Below are positions 20,615 through 29,808 of a stretch of 64,000 bases of DNA, piece after piece. The translations under genes were made by a program, and so were the position numbers. The DNA is from Thermoanaerobaculia bacterium (lineage in GTDB: Bacteria > Acidobacteriota > Thermoanaerobaculia > Thermoanaerobaculales > Sulfomarinibacteraceae), in contig JAMOWA010000018.1 of NCBI GenBank assembly GCA_027061805.1, forward strand, positions 128,042-192,041, written 5' to 3'. The notes below the pieces were generated by a model, which was not told the origin of the DNA, ran no database searches, and saw only the letters and a program-made list of their open reading frames with translations. The stretch's first letter is position 1, and every line of letters begins with the position of its first letter.

Positions 20615-21991
20615 ATGAACAATCACGAAGGGAGCACGATGCCGCCAATGGCCGGACGTCCGGCGCTTTCCGACCACTCCGGGCCCACCTCCGAGGCGGA
20701 GCACCTCCGGAGACGGGTGGAGCGGCTCCAGGCGGTGGTGGAGGCCAGCGAGCTGGTCAACTCCACGCTGGACGTCCCCGAGATCGCCCGCCGCGTGGTG
20801 GAGCTGGCCACCTCCCTCATCGGGGCGGACCGCGGCAGCCTCTTCCTGGTGGACGGGGACGGCGAGACGCTGCACGCCCTGGTGGCCCACGGGGTGGAGG
20901 CCGGAACCCTCTCCGTCCGGCGGGGCGAGGGCATCGTGGGAACGGTGGCCGCCGAGGGCACCCCCATCCTGCTGGACGACCCCTACTCGGACCCCCGCTT
21001 CGATCCCGCCGTGGACCGCCGCACGGGGTACAGGACCCGGTCGCTCCTGACCGTTCCCGTGCGCGATCGCGAGCGGAACCTCGTGGCGGTGCTGCAGCTC
21101 CTGAACCACCACCGGGGCCATTTCGATGCCGAGGACGTGGAGTTCCTGGAGGAGCTCGCCGTGCCCTTCGCGCTGGGGCTCACCACCGCCCGCCTGCATC
21201 GTGAGATCGTGCGCCGGGAACGCATGGAGGAGGAGCTGCGGCTCGCGGGAGAGATCCAGCGCACCCTGAGGCCCCGTGAGCTCGGCGACGTGCCGGGCCT
21301 GGAGCTGGCCTCCTGGGACGTCCCCTGCCGCGAGGTGGGGGGTGACTACTACGACGTCATCCCGGCACGTGGCGGATCGCGCTGGTGGCTCGTCATGGCC
21401 GACATCTCGGGCAAGGGCGTCTCGGCGGGGCTCATCGCCTCCAACCTCCAGGCCTACCTGTGGAGCCGCCGGAACGACCGGCGCTCCCTCCGCAGGATCG
21501 TGGCGGAGAGCAACGACCTGCTCTGCCGCCTGGCCCGGGGCCACAAGTTCGCCACCCTGGTCCTCGCGGAATGGGACCCGGAGGACCGGACCCTGCGGTG
21601 GATCGGTGCCGGGCACCCTCCCATGCTGGTCCTGCGGGGCGAGGAGGTCCTGTCGCTCGAGAGCACCGGCTGCCCCGTGGGGCTCATCCCGGGCAGCACC
21701 TGGGAGGAGGGGTGTGTGACACTCCAGCAGGGCGACATGGTCCTCATGTACACCGACGGCGTTCCCGAGGCCGGCATGGGAGAGCTTGACGAGGAGTTCG
21801 GGCAGGAGAGACTGGTGGAGGCGGTCCGGGGCGCCACCAGCTGCTCCGAGGTGCTCCACCGGATGCGGAGGGCCGTGGAGGCGTTCCAGGGATCGGCCGA
21901 ATTCGACGACGACGTGACGGCGCTCTGCTTCAGCCCGAGGCCCTCCGGCCGGGATCCGGAGCTCGCCGATGGGGAGGGACGACGACCATGA
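20615..21991 (+). CDS. GAF domain - PP2C (SpoIIE-type) phosphatase
   Basis: ATG 20615. GAF region (GADRGSLFLVD...GIVGTVAAEG...DPYSDPRF). PP2C motifs GGDYYDV and ADISGKGVSAGL, with C-terminal DDVTAL. Confidence 0.85.
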   Translation: MNNHEGSTMPPMAGRPALSDHSGPTSEAEHLRRRVERLQAVVEASELVNSTLDVPEIARRVVELATSLIGADRGSLFLVDGDGETLHALVAHGVEAGTLSVRRGEGIVGTVAAEGTPILLDDPYSDPRFDPAVDRRTGYRTRSLLTVPVRDRERNLVAVLQLLNHHRGHFDAEDVEFLEELAVPFALGLTTARLHREIVRRERMEEELRLAGEIQRTLRPRELGDVPGLELASWDVPCREVGGDYYDVIPARGGSRWWLVMADISGKGVSAGLIASNLQAYLWSRRNDRRSLRRIVAESNDLLCRLARGHKFATLVLAEWDPEDRTLRWIGAGHPPMLVLRGEEVLSLESTGCPVGLIPGSTWEEGCVTLQQGDMVLMYTDGVPEAGMGELDEEFGQERLVEAVRGATSCSEVLHRMRRAVEAFQGSAEFDDDVTALCFSPRPSGRDPELADGEGRRP

Positions 21992-23343
21992 GTTCCGAGA
22001 AGGCCTTGATCTGGGTTGTGGACGACGATCCGGCGCTGCGTGAGCTGCTCAAGCACATCCTGAAGGGCGCGGGCTACCGGGTGGACCTCTTCGGTTCGGG
22101 CAAGGAGGCCCTCGCCGTGACCGGATCGGCGCCCGACGCCATGCTGCTCGACCTCATGATGCCGGAGATGGACGGCGTCCAGGTGCTCAAGGAGATCAGG
22201 AGGCTCCGTCCGGACGTTCCCGTGATCATCCTCACGGCCCTCAACGACGTCAGCCAGGCCGTGGAGGTCACCAAGCTCGGGGCCTACGACTACCTGGTGA
22301 AGCCCGTGGAGGAGGAGCGCCTCCTGTCCACACTCGAGCACGCCCTCTCCCACCACCGCCTGGAGCGGGAGGTGGAGCGTCTCCGGGGTGAGCTGGGCGA
22401 CCGGTACCACCTCCGGAACATCGTGGGGTCCTCCCGGGCCATGTGCCGGGTCTACGAGCAGATCGGCAAGGTGATCGAGTCGGACATCACGGTCTTCATC
22501 TCCGGGGCCAGCGGCACCGGCAAGGAGCTCGTGGCCAAGGCCATCCACTACGGGTCCCGCCGTGCCTCGGGACCCTTCGTGGACGTCAACTGCGCGGCCA
22601 TCCCCGAGAGCCTCCAGGAGAGCGAGATCTTCGGCCACGAGAGGGGCGCCTTCACCGGGGCCATCGCCGCCCATCCGGGCAAGTTCGAGCAGGCCCAGGG
22701 CGGCACCATCTTCCTGGACGAGGTGGGCGAGATGGCGCCCTCGGCCCAGGCCCGCCTGCTGCGGGTCCTCCAGGAGAAGACCGTGCAGCGCATCGGCGGC
22801 ACCAGGCGCCTCACCCTCGACGTCCGGGTGATCTCCGCCTCCAACAGGGACCTGGCGGAGATGGTCCGGGAGGGGTCGTTCCGGCAGGACCTCTACTACC
22901 GGCTCGTGGTCTTCCCCATCCACCTCCCCGCGCTCAAGGAGCGCCGCGAGGACATCCCTCTTCTGGTGGACCACTTCCTCCAGAAGTACGCCACCGACGC
23001 CGGCAGGGTCGTGGAGCGTGTGAACCCCAGGGCCATGGAGCGCCTGGTCCAGTACGACTGGCCGGGCAATGTCCGCGAGCTGGAGAACGTCGTGCACCGC
23101 CTGCTCCTGGTGGCCAGGAGCTCGGAGATCACCCCCGAGGACCTGCCCCCCGAGCTCGGTGGCGCCAACGTCAGCGAGCCCGAGGACGCCGACCCCGCGT
23201 ACCTGACGCTGGACCAGATCGAGGAGCGGGCCATCCGGCGGGTGGTGGACGCCTGCCACGGCAACCTCTCCGAGGCCGCCCGCCGGCTGGGCATCGGCCG
23301 GTCCACGCTCTACCGCAAGCTGGAGCAGTACGGCCTGAAGTGA
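21988..23343 (+). CDS. sigma-54-dependent response regulator (NtrC family)
   Basis: REC domain plus AAA+ (GASGTGKE, GAFTGA, FLDEVGEM) and a Fis-type HTH (AARRLGIGRSTLYRKL). An ATGA overlap with the upstream phosphatase gene. Confidence 0.92.
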   Translation: MSSEKALIWVVDDDPALRELLKHILKGAGYRVDLFGSGKEALAVTGSAPDAMLLDLMMPEMDGVQVLKEIRRLRPDVPVIILTALNDVSQAVEVTKLGAYDYLVKPVEEERLLSTLEHALSHHRLEREVERLRGELGDRYHLRNIVGSSRAMCRVYEQIGKVIESDITVFISGASGTGKELVAKAIHYGSRRASGPFVDVNCAAIPESLQESEIFGHERGAFTGAIAAHPGKFEQAQGGTIFLDEVGEMAPSAQARLLRVLQEKTVQRIGGTRRLTLDVRVISASNRDLAEMVREGSFRQDLYYRLVVFPIHLPALKERREDIPLLVDHFLQKYATDAGRVVERVNPRAMERLVQYDWPGNVRELENVVHRLLLVARSSEITPEDLPPELGGANVSEPEDADPAYLTLDQIEERAIRRVVDACHGNLSEAARRLGIGRSTLYRKLEQYGLK

Positions 23344-23452
23344 CCCCGGGACCCGCCCGCGGCACTTCACTTTCCGCGTCCCGTTCGCTATGGTGTCGCG
23401 GCCCGGCGGTTCCGGGCTGCCAGAACACGAGAAACGGTGGTTGGAGGTTTCC

Positions 23453-24640
23453 ATGACGCGGCGGACTGTGGTGATCATGCCCGGAGACGGGATCGGCAAC
23501 GTGGTGCTTCCCGAGGCCCTGCGGGTCCTGGAGGCGGCGGGCTTCGAGGCGGACTGGGTGGAGGCCGGCATCGGCTGGGACCACTGGGTGAACGAGGGCA
23601 ACCCCCTGCCCGAGCGGACCGTGGAGCTCATCGCCGAGCACAGGGTGGCCCTCTTCGGCGCCATCACCTCCAAGCCCAAGGACCTGGCCGCCAGTGAGCT
23701 GAAGCCGGAGCTCCGGGACAGGGGCTTCGTCTACTACTCCCCCATCGTGGCGCTCAGGCAGCGCTTCGACCTGGACATCTCCATCCGGCCGTGCATCGCC
23801 TTCCCCGGCAACCCGCTGAACTTCATCCGCCGGGGCCCGGGGGACACCATCGAGGAGCCCCCGGTGAACGCGGTGATCTTCCGGCAGAACACCGAGGGGC
23901 TCTACGGCGGCGTGGAGTGGACCGACCCGCCCCCAGAGGTCCGGGCCGCCCTGGCCACCCACCCCAAGTTTGCGCGCTTCGCCGAGGTGCCGGGGCCGGA
24001 CCTGGCCATCTCCACACGGATCTTCACCCGCCCCGCCTGCCGCCGCATCTGCGAGGAGGCCTTCGCCTACGCCGACGCCCACGGCTACTCGTCGGTGACC
24101 ATCTGCGAGAAGCCCAACGTGCTCCGGGAGACCTCCGGGATGATGGTGGAGGAGGGGCGCAAGGCGCAGGAGAGGTACCCCCACATCCAGCTCTGGGAGA
24201 CCAACATCGACGCCCAGATGATGTGGCTCACCAAGAACCCCGAGGACTACGGCGTGATCGTGGCGGGCAACATGTTCGGCGACATCATCTCCGACGGCTT
24301 CGCGGGCCTGGTGGGCGGCCTGGGCTTCGCCGCCTCGGCCAACATCGGCCGCGAGGTGGGCGTCTTCGAGCCCACCCACGGCTCCGCGCCCAAGTACGCC
24401 GAGCTGGACCCGCCCATCGTCAACCCCATCGCCATGATCCTCTCCGCCGTCATGATGCTGGACTGGCTGGGCGAGAAGGAGATGGCGGAGCGCATCCGCA
24501 CGGCCATCGCCGCGGTCATCGCCGAGGGGAAGGTCCGCACCTACGACATGCTCAAGCTCCGCGGCGGCCCCGAGGCCATCGCCCGGGGTGCGGCCACCAC
24601 CACACAGATGACCGACGCCATCATCGCGAAGCTGGGCTGA
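23453..24640 (+). CDS. isocitrate/isopropylmalate dehydrogenase family enzyme (probably isocitrate dehydrogenase)
   Basis: ATG 23453 after GGAGGT. MPGDGIGNVV, NMFGDIISDGFAGLVGGLGFAASAN and FEPTHGSAPKYA motifs. Confidence 0.85.
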   Translation: MTRRTVVIMPGDGIGNVVLPEALRVLEAAGFEADWVEAGIGWDHWVNEGNPLPERTVELIAEHRVALFGAITSKPKDLAASELKPELRDRGFVYYSPIVALRQRFDLDISIRPCIAFPGNPLNFIRRGPGDTIEEPPVNAVIFRQNTEGLYGGVEWTDPPPEVRAALATHPKFARFAEVPGPDLAISTRIFTRPACRRICEEAFAYADAHGYSSVTICEKPNVLRETSGMMVEEGRKAQERYPHIQLWETNIDAQMMWLTKNPEDYGVIVAGNMFGDIISDGFAGLVGGLGFAASANIGREVGVFEPTHGSAPKYAELDPPIVNPIAMILSAVMMLDWLGEKEMAERIRTAIAAVIAEGKVRTYDMLKLRGGPEAIARGAATTTQMTDAIIAKLG

Positions 24641-24665
24641 GCGCGCAGCGCGGACCGCAGGTACC

Positions 24666-24689
24666 GGGGCCGGCACGAGCCGGCCCCTT
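24666..24689 (+). terminator. hairpin terminator candidate after the dehydrogenase gene
   Basis: GGGGCCGGC-acga-GCCGGCCCC, a perfect 9-bp stem, followed by TTCGTCGT (a weak T tract). Confidence 0.4.
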
Positions 24690-24759
24690 CGTCGTCCGGT
24701 GGGGGCAACCGGTGGAAGGGACGGCGCCAGAGGCGTAGACTCGTGGACGGAGGTGTGCC

Positions 24760-25416
24760 ATGAACTCTGTGATCTTCCGTACCGTTCTCATGGGCCTGGG
24801 TCTCGTGCTGGCCGCCGTGGCGCTGGCCGGGGGATCCGTCACGTTCGACTTCGAGGACGTTCCAGCCGGGAAGCTGCCCGCCGGCTGGACGGTGGAGGCC
24901 ACCAGCCCGAGAGGGGAGCTGGCCTCCTGGAAGGTGGTCACCGAGGGGGAGAACCACGTCCTGGAGGTCGTCCCCCCCGAGGGCGCCTTCGGCGGGACCT
25001 ACAACCTCTGCTGGACGAAGGAGGTCCGCTTCGCCGACGGCGAGATCACCGTCCGCCTCAAGGCGGGCACCGGGGAGGAGGACCAGGGTGGCGGACCCAT
25101 GTGGCGGGTCCGGGACCGGAACAACTACTACGTGGCCCGCTACAACCCGCTGGAGCACAACTTCCGGGTCTACTTCGTGAAGGACGGCTCCCGGAAGATG
25201 CTGGCCAGCGCCCCCCGCATCCGGATCCCCTCCGGCCAGTGGTTCACCATCCGGATCGTGCAGCACGGTGACCACATCCAGGGCTTCCTGGACGGAAAGA
25301 AGCTCCTGGATGTCCACGACGCCACCTTCACGGAGCCGGGAGGCGTGGGGCTCTGGACCAAGGCCGATGCGGCCACCCGCTTCGACGACCTCGCGGTGCG
25401 TCCGGAGGCCGGGTGA
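24760..25416 (+). CDS. secreted DUF1080 / LamG-like (3-keto-disaccharide hydrolase fold) protein
   Basis: Signal/anchor helix. W..V..G......P and WFTIRIVQHGDHIQGFLDGKKL...GGVGLW...FDDLAV fit the concanavalin-like DUF1080 pattern. Confidence 0.55.
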   Translation: MNSVIFRTVLMGLGLVLAAVALAGGSVTFDFEDVPAGKLPAGWTVEATSPRGELASWKVVTEGENHVLEVVPPEGAFGGTYNLCWTKEVRFADGEITVRLKAGTGEEDQGGGPMWRVRDRNNYYVARYNPLEHNFRVYFVKDGSRKMLASAPRIRIPSGQWFTIRIVQHGDHIQGFLDGKKLLDVHDATFTEPGGVGLWTKADAATRFDDLAVRPEAG

Positions 25417-26444
25417 TGCGACGCTGCCTCGCCGCAATCCTCGGCCTGGGGGTCCTCCTCCTCCCGGCCTGCACCCGGCGGGCCACCCGACCCGGGGCGG
25501 GCACCGGGGAGGTGGTGGCCTACGTCTCCGAGGACCAGGTCTTCTCCCAGCCCGTGCTGGAGCGCTTCGAACGGGAGACGGGAATCCGGGTGCGCGCCGT
25601 CTACGACACGGAGGAGACCAAGAGCACCGGTGTCATGAACCGCCTCCTGGCGGAGAAGGACAACCCGCAGGCCGACCTCTACTGGGCCAACGAGCCCATC
25701 CGGGCCGAGGTGCTCCGCCAGCGGGGCGTTGCCGAGCCCTACCGTTCGCCCGCGGCGGAGGGGCTGCCGGAGACCTTCCGGGACCCGGAGTGGCACTGGA
25801 CGGGCTTCTCCGCCCGCCTGAGGGTGCTGGTGGTGCACACGCCCCTCAAGGGAGAGCCACCCGCCTCGGTGATGGACCTGGCGGACCCCCGGTGGAGAGG
25901 CAGGGTGGTGCTGGCCAACCCGCTCTTCGGCACCACAACCTCCCACGTGGCGGCGCTCTTCGTGGCCCTGGGCGACGAGGGGGCCCGGTCCTTCCTGGAG
26001 CGGCTGAAGGCCAACGGGGTCGTGCTGAGCACCTCCAACGGTGAGAGCGCGGACCAGGTGGCGGCGGGACAGGCGACCCTGTCCCTGGTGGACAGCGACG
26101 ACGCCATCAACAGGATCCGCAGGGGGGATGCCCTGCAGATGATCGTCCCCGACCAGGCACCGGGGGGCCTGGGTTGCTTCGTGGTGCCCAACGCCGTGGT
26201 CCTGGTGCGTGGGGGCCCCCACCCGGAGGCGGCCCGGAGGCTGGCCGACTTCCTCCTCTCCCCACAGACCGAGCGGCAGCTGGCGGAGGCCGACTGCGCC
26301 CAGATTCCGCTGCACGCCGGTGTGCCGGTGCCCCCGGACGTGCCGTCGCTCGCGACGCTCTCGGTGATGGAGGTCTCCTGGGCCGAGGTGGCGGCGAAGA
26401 TGATGGCCATCCAGCCCGAGCTCCAGGCCTGGGTGGGGTCCTGA
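25413..26444 (+). CDS. ABC transporter substrate-binding lipoprotein (Fe3+/thiamine-type family)
   Basis: Lipobox LLPAC (ATG at 25416 is an alternative start). VVAYVSEDQVFSQPVLERFERETGIRVR...DLYWANE matches the FbpA/AfuA-like N-lobe. Confidence 0.8.
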   Translation: MMRRCLAAILGLGVLLLPACTRRATRPGAGTGEVVAYVSEDQVFSQPVLERFERETGIRVRAVYDTEETKSTGVMNRLLAEKDNPQADLYWANEPIRAEVLRQRGVAEPYRSPAAEGLPETFRDPEWHWTGFSARLRVLVVHTPLKGEPPASVMDLADPRWRGRVVLANPLFGTTTSHVAALFVALGDEGARSFLERLKANGVVLSTSNGESADQVAAGQATLSLVDSDDAINRIRRGDALQMIVPDQAPGGLGCFVVPNAVVLVRGGPHPEAARRLADFLLSPQTERQLAEADCAQIPLHAGVPVPPDVPSLATLSVMEVSWAEVAAKMMAIQPELQAWVGS

Positions 26445-26469
26445 GGGTGGGCCTTCCCGCCGGGAACCC

Positions 26470-28071
26470 GTGACCGTGGCGCTGCGAAGGATCGTCCTGT
26501 CCCTGGCCGTGGTCCTGCTCCTGGTGGCGGGGGTATTGCCCGTGGCGGTGATGGCGGGCCGGAGCCTGGTGGTGGACGGGCGGCTCGGCCTCGCGGCCTA
26601 CCACGGCCTCCTGGCCTCCTCCCGCCAGTGGGAGCTCCTGGGCAACAGCCTGCGCCTCGCGGGCCTGGTGACCGTGGCGGCCGTGGCGCTCGGCGTCCCC
26701 GCCGGCCTGCTGCTGGGACGGACGGACCTGCCGGGACGGCGGGCCCTGGGAACTCTCCTGGCCCTGCCCCTGCTGCTGCCGCCCTCCGTGACGGCGGTGG
26801 CCTGGATGGGGGCCGCGGCGCCCTCGGGCCCCGTGGTCCGGCTGCTGGGAGCGGGGGCCTCGGCGGTGCTGTCCTCGTTCCTGTTCGGCCTCCCGGGTAC
26901 GGTCCTGGTCCTCGCCACGGCCTTTGCGCCGCTGGTGATGCTCCTGGTGGCGGCGGCCCTCCGCTCGGTCCCGCCCCGCATGGAGGAGGCGGGTCTCCTG
27001 GTGGCCCGGTGGCCCGCGGTCCTGCTCCGGGTCACCCTGCCCCTGGTGGCGCCGGGGGTCCTGCTCGCCGCGGCCCTGGTCTTCCTCATGGCCCTGGGGG
27101 AGGTGAGCGTGCCCCCCACGCTGCGGTACCCCGTCTTCGCGGTGGAGAGCCTCACGCGCTTCGCGGCCTTCTACGACCTGGCCGCCGCCACGGCGGCCGC
27201 CATGCCCCTGGTGGCGCTCACCGCCGCCGTGCTGGGTGCGGAGGCGCTCCTGGTGCGGCGGACCCGCGGGACCACGGGGATGGAGTCTCGCGGGGCGGGG
27301 CGGGCGCTCGTGGTGCCCCTGGGCCGGTGGCGCCGGCCCGCGGCCGTGGCGGCGTGGTCGCTGGCGGGGCTGCTGGTGGGGCTGCCCCTGGCGGTGCTCC
27401 TGGTCCGGGCCGGGGGGGCCGCCTCCTACGCCGAGGCCCTCGGGCGGGCCGGCGACGCCCTGGGGAGGAGCCTGCTCCTGGCCGCCCTGGGCGGTGCGCT
27501 GCTGGCCGTGGTGGGCTTCCTGCTGGCGGTGCTGGCGTGGGAGCGGCACGGGAGACTCTGGGCCGTCCCGGACGCTGTGGCGCTCTTCCTCTTCGCCGTT
27601 CCGGCCGCCGTGCTCGGGGTGGGGCTCATCGTCACCTGGAACCGCCCCTGGGCCAACGTGGTCTACGCCACGCCGCTCATCCTCCTGCTGGGGTACCTGG
27701 GCCACTTCACGGCGGTGTCGCTCCGCCTCTCCCGGGCCTCGCTGGAGCTCGTGCCGGCGGGGCTGGTGGAGGCCGCCCGGGTGGCGGGGGTGGGCTGGGG
27801 CCGGCGCCTCCTCTGGGTGGTGGCACCCGGGGCGTGGCGGGGGATCGCCGCGGCGGGCCTGGCGGGGGCGGCCTTCTGCCTGAGGGACGTGGGCATGACG
27901 CTCCTGGTCCATCCCCCCGGCTGGGACACCCTGCCGGTCCGGATCATGACCCTGGCGGCCAACGGGGCCCCCTCGCTCATCGCCGCCCTGTCCGTGATCC
28001 TGGTGGCCGCGACCCTGGTGCCGGTGGTGCTCCTGGGGGCCGTGCTCGGGCGGCGGGAGGTGCTCCCGTGA
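26470..28071 (+). CDS. ABC transporter permease, duplicated two-domain type
   Basis: About 12 TM helices with two MetI-like halves. GTG start. The stop overlaps the ATPase start. Confidence 0.8.
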   Translation: MTVALRRIVLSLAVVLLLVAGVLPVAVMAGRSLVVDGRLGLAAYHGLLASSRQWELLGNSLRLAGLVTVAAVALGVPAGLLLGRTDLPGRRALGTLLALPLLLPPSVTAVAWMGAAAPSGPVVRLLGAGASAVLSSFLFGLPGTVLVLATAFAPLVMLLVAAALRSVPPRMEEAGLLVARWPAVLLRVTLPLVAPGVLLAAALVFLMALGEVSVPPTLRYPVFAVESLTRFAAFYDLAAATAAAMPLVALTAAVLGAEALLVRRTRGTTGMESRGAGRALVVPLGRWRRPAAVAAWSLAGLLVGLPLAVLLVRAGGAASYAEALGRAGDALGRSLLLAALGGALLAVVGFLLAVLAWERHGRLWAVPDAVALFLFAVPAAVLGVGLIVTWNRPWANVVYATPLILLLGYLGHFTAVSLRLSRASLELVPAGLVEAARVAGVGWGRRLLWVVAPGAWRGIAAAGLAGAAFCLRDVGMTLLVHPPGWDTLPVRIMTLAANGAPSLIAALSVILVAATLVPVVLLGAVLGRREVLP

Positions 28072-28727
28072 GTCTCCTGGAGCTCGAGGCGGTCCGGGTG
28101 GTCCTCGGCGGCCGCCGAATCCTCGATGGCATCGACCTGGCCGTGGAGGAGGGCGAGCGGGTGGTGGTCCTGGGGCCCTCGGGCTCGGGCAAGACCACGG
28201 TGCTCCGGCTCCTGGCGGGCCTGGCCGTGCCCGCGGCGGGCCGGGTCCTGGTCGGTGGAAGGCCGGCCGCGGCCGACGGCCGGCTGCTGATCCCACCCGA
28301 GGAGCGGCAGGTGGGCATGGTGTTCCAGGACCTGGCCCTCTGGCCCCACCTCACCGTGGCCGGGAACCTGGAGCTGGGCCTGAGGGCGCGGGGTGTCCCC
28401 CGGACCGTGCGCCGGCAGCGCGTCGCGGAGATGCTCGAGCTCGTGGAGCTGGGCGACCGCGCCCGGGCACGGCCCGGCGAGCTCTCCGGCGGGGAGCAAC
28501 AGCGGGTGGCCCTGGCCAGGGCCCTGGTGCTCCGCCCCCGGGCGCTGCTCCTGGACGAGCCCCTGTCCAGCCTCGATCCTCCCCTGGCCCGGCGTCTGGT
28601 GGGGGTGATCCTCCGGCTCCAGGAGCGGCTCGGCCTCACCCTGGTCCACGTCACCCACGACCGCGAGGAGGCCCGTGCCCTGGCCACCCGAACCCTGTTC
28701 CTGGAGCGCGGCCGGCTCTCCGGCTAG
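28068..28727 (+). CDS. ABC transporter ATP-binding protein
   Basis: GTG 28068 (GTGA overlap). Walker A GPSGSGKT, signature LSGGEQQR, Walker B LLLDEP. Confidence 0.9.
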   Translation: MSLLELEAVRVVLGGRRILDGIDLAVEEGERVVVLGPSGSGKTTVLRLLAGLAVPAAGRVLVGGRPAAADGRLLIPPEERQVGMVFQDLALWPHLTVAGNLELGLRARGVPRTVRRQRVAEMLELVELGDRARARPGELSGGEQQRVALARALVLRPRALLLDEPLSSLDPPLARRLVGVILRLQERLGLTLVHVTHDREEARALATRTLFLERGRLSG

Positions 28728-29482
28728 GCCTCTCCGGGGTCGCCCATCACCTCCACGCGGTCGATGGGGACGGCGAGCTCCAGGGGATCGACGAGGACCT
28801 CCGAGGCCCTGGCCGGGTCGAGCTGGTACAGGCGGTCGTCGGGGGTGCGCACGGGCTCGCCGAGGGGGTCGAAGAGGTAGCACCCCGCCCCGGCGAAGCG
28901 CTCCCCGGGCCACTCCGAGGCCGCGATGCAGCACCCGGCCACCCAGACGGCGTTCTCCATGGCCCGCGCCCGGAGCAGGGTGCGCCACACCCAGTCCCGG
29001 CGCCACGGCCACCAGCCCACCACCACCAGCGCGTCGCAGCGGGCCGCAAGGCGCAGGGCCCGGGCCTGTTCCGGGAAGCGAAGGTCGTTGCAGTTGACGA
29101 GACCCACCCGCATCCCGTCCAGCTCCACGGCCACGTAGCGGTCGCCGGGCTCCCAGATCTCCAGCTCACCGTTGGGCGGGAAGAGGTGCACCTTGTCGTA
29201 GCGGGCCAGCTCCCGGCCGGCGCGCCAGACGGTCATGCGGTTGCGGCGCTCCTCGGTGAAGGAGCCTGCAAACAGCACCACGCCGGAATGGTCGGCCGAG
29301 ACCCGGGCCAGGGTCTCGCGGACCACGCCGGGTTCCACACGGCGCGTGTAGCCGTGGAGGAAGCTCTCGGGGTAGACCACCCAGTCGGCGCCTGCCGCGG
29401 CGGCCTCCGCCGTCTCCTCCACGAGGCGCCGCAGGTTGTCCTCCACGGCACCGCACACCCATCGGGACAGCCAGATCCTCAT
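28724..29482 (-). CDS. carbon-nitrogen hydrolase (nitrilase superfamily)
   Basis: VVYPESFLHGY (catalytic Glu), YDKVHLF (Lys) and GLVNCNDLRFPE (Cys) form the nitrilase triad motifs. Confidence 0.8.
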   Translation of the reverse strand: MRIWLSRWVCGAVEDNLRRLVEETAEAAAAGADWVVYPESFLHGYTRRVEPGVVRETLARVSADHSGVVLFAGSFTEERRNRMTVWRAGRELARYDKVHLFPPNGELEIWEPGDRYVAVELDGMRVGLVNCNDLRFPEQARALRLAARCDALVVVGWWPWRRDWVWRTLLRARAMENAVWVAGCCIAASEWPGERFAGAGCYLFDPLGEPVRTPDDRLYQLDPARASEVLVDPLELAVPIDRVEVMGDPGEA

Positions 29483-29808
29483 GGGACGAAACTAGCACGG
29501 ACCCCGGAATCCCACCCTGGCCGGAAAGCTCGGCCCCGCGGCGAGCGGTGCCTTCCGGCTGGTGGGCGGAGGGGCGGTCCAGGTCCTTGCCAACGGGCTG
29601 GTCCTGGTGGACCCCGTGACGCGGAGGGCGTTCCTCCTGCTCCGCTGAGCCCCCGGTACGGCGTGGACCCCCCTCAGGGCTCCGCGCGCCGCGCTGAAAA
29701 GCCCAGGTCCACGGGGCCGTCCGTGGAGGACCAGACCACCGAGACGAACAGCTCGCCGGAGGAGCCAGGTTCCGGTGGTGATGGGCCCGGGACCGTTCCC
29801 GGAGGCGC

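Noticed and set aside
23362-23380. CGGCACTTCACTTTCC downstream of the sigma-54 activator gene, as a possible -24/-12 promoter for the dehydrogenase
   Set aside because: It lacks the -12 GC (TTGC) element and the leading T. The match is too weak.
26107-28296. 729-aa minus-strand ORF opposite the ABC permease
   Set aside because: Its translation is a Pro/Arg/Gly/His-rich repeat. The plus-strand frame encodes a clean 12-TM permease.
29483-29808. 326-nt gap between the nitrilase-family gene and the propeller gene, examined for a small gene (e.g. the 109-aa tail of ORF 29492..30001 -)
   Set aside because: The candidate frames are Arg/Gly/Pro-rich, lack SD sequences and overlap the propeller stop. 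The gap is treated as a promoter/leader region.
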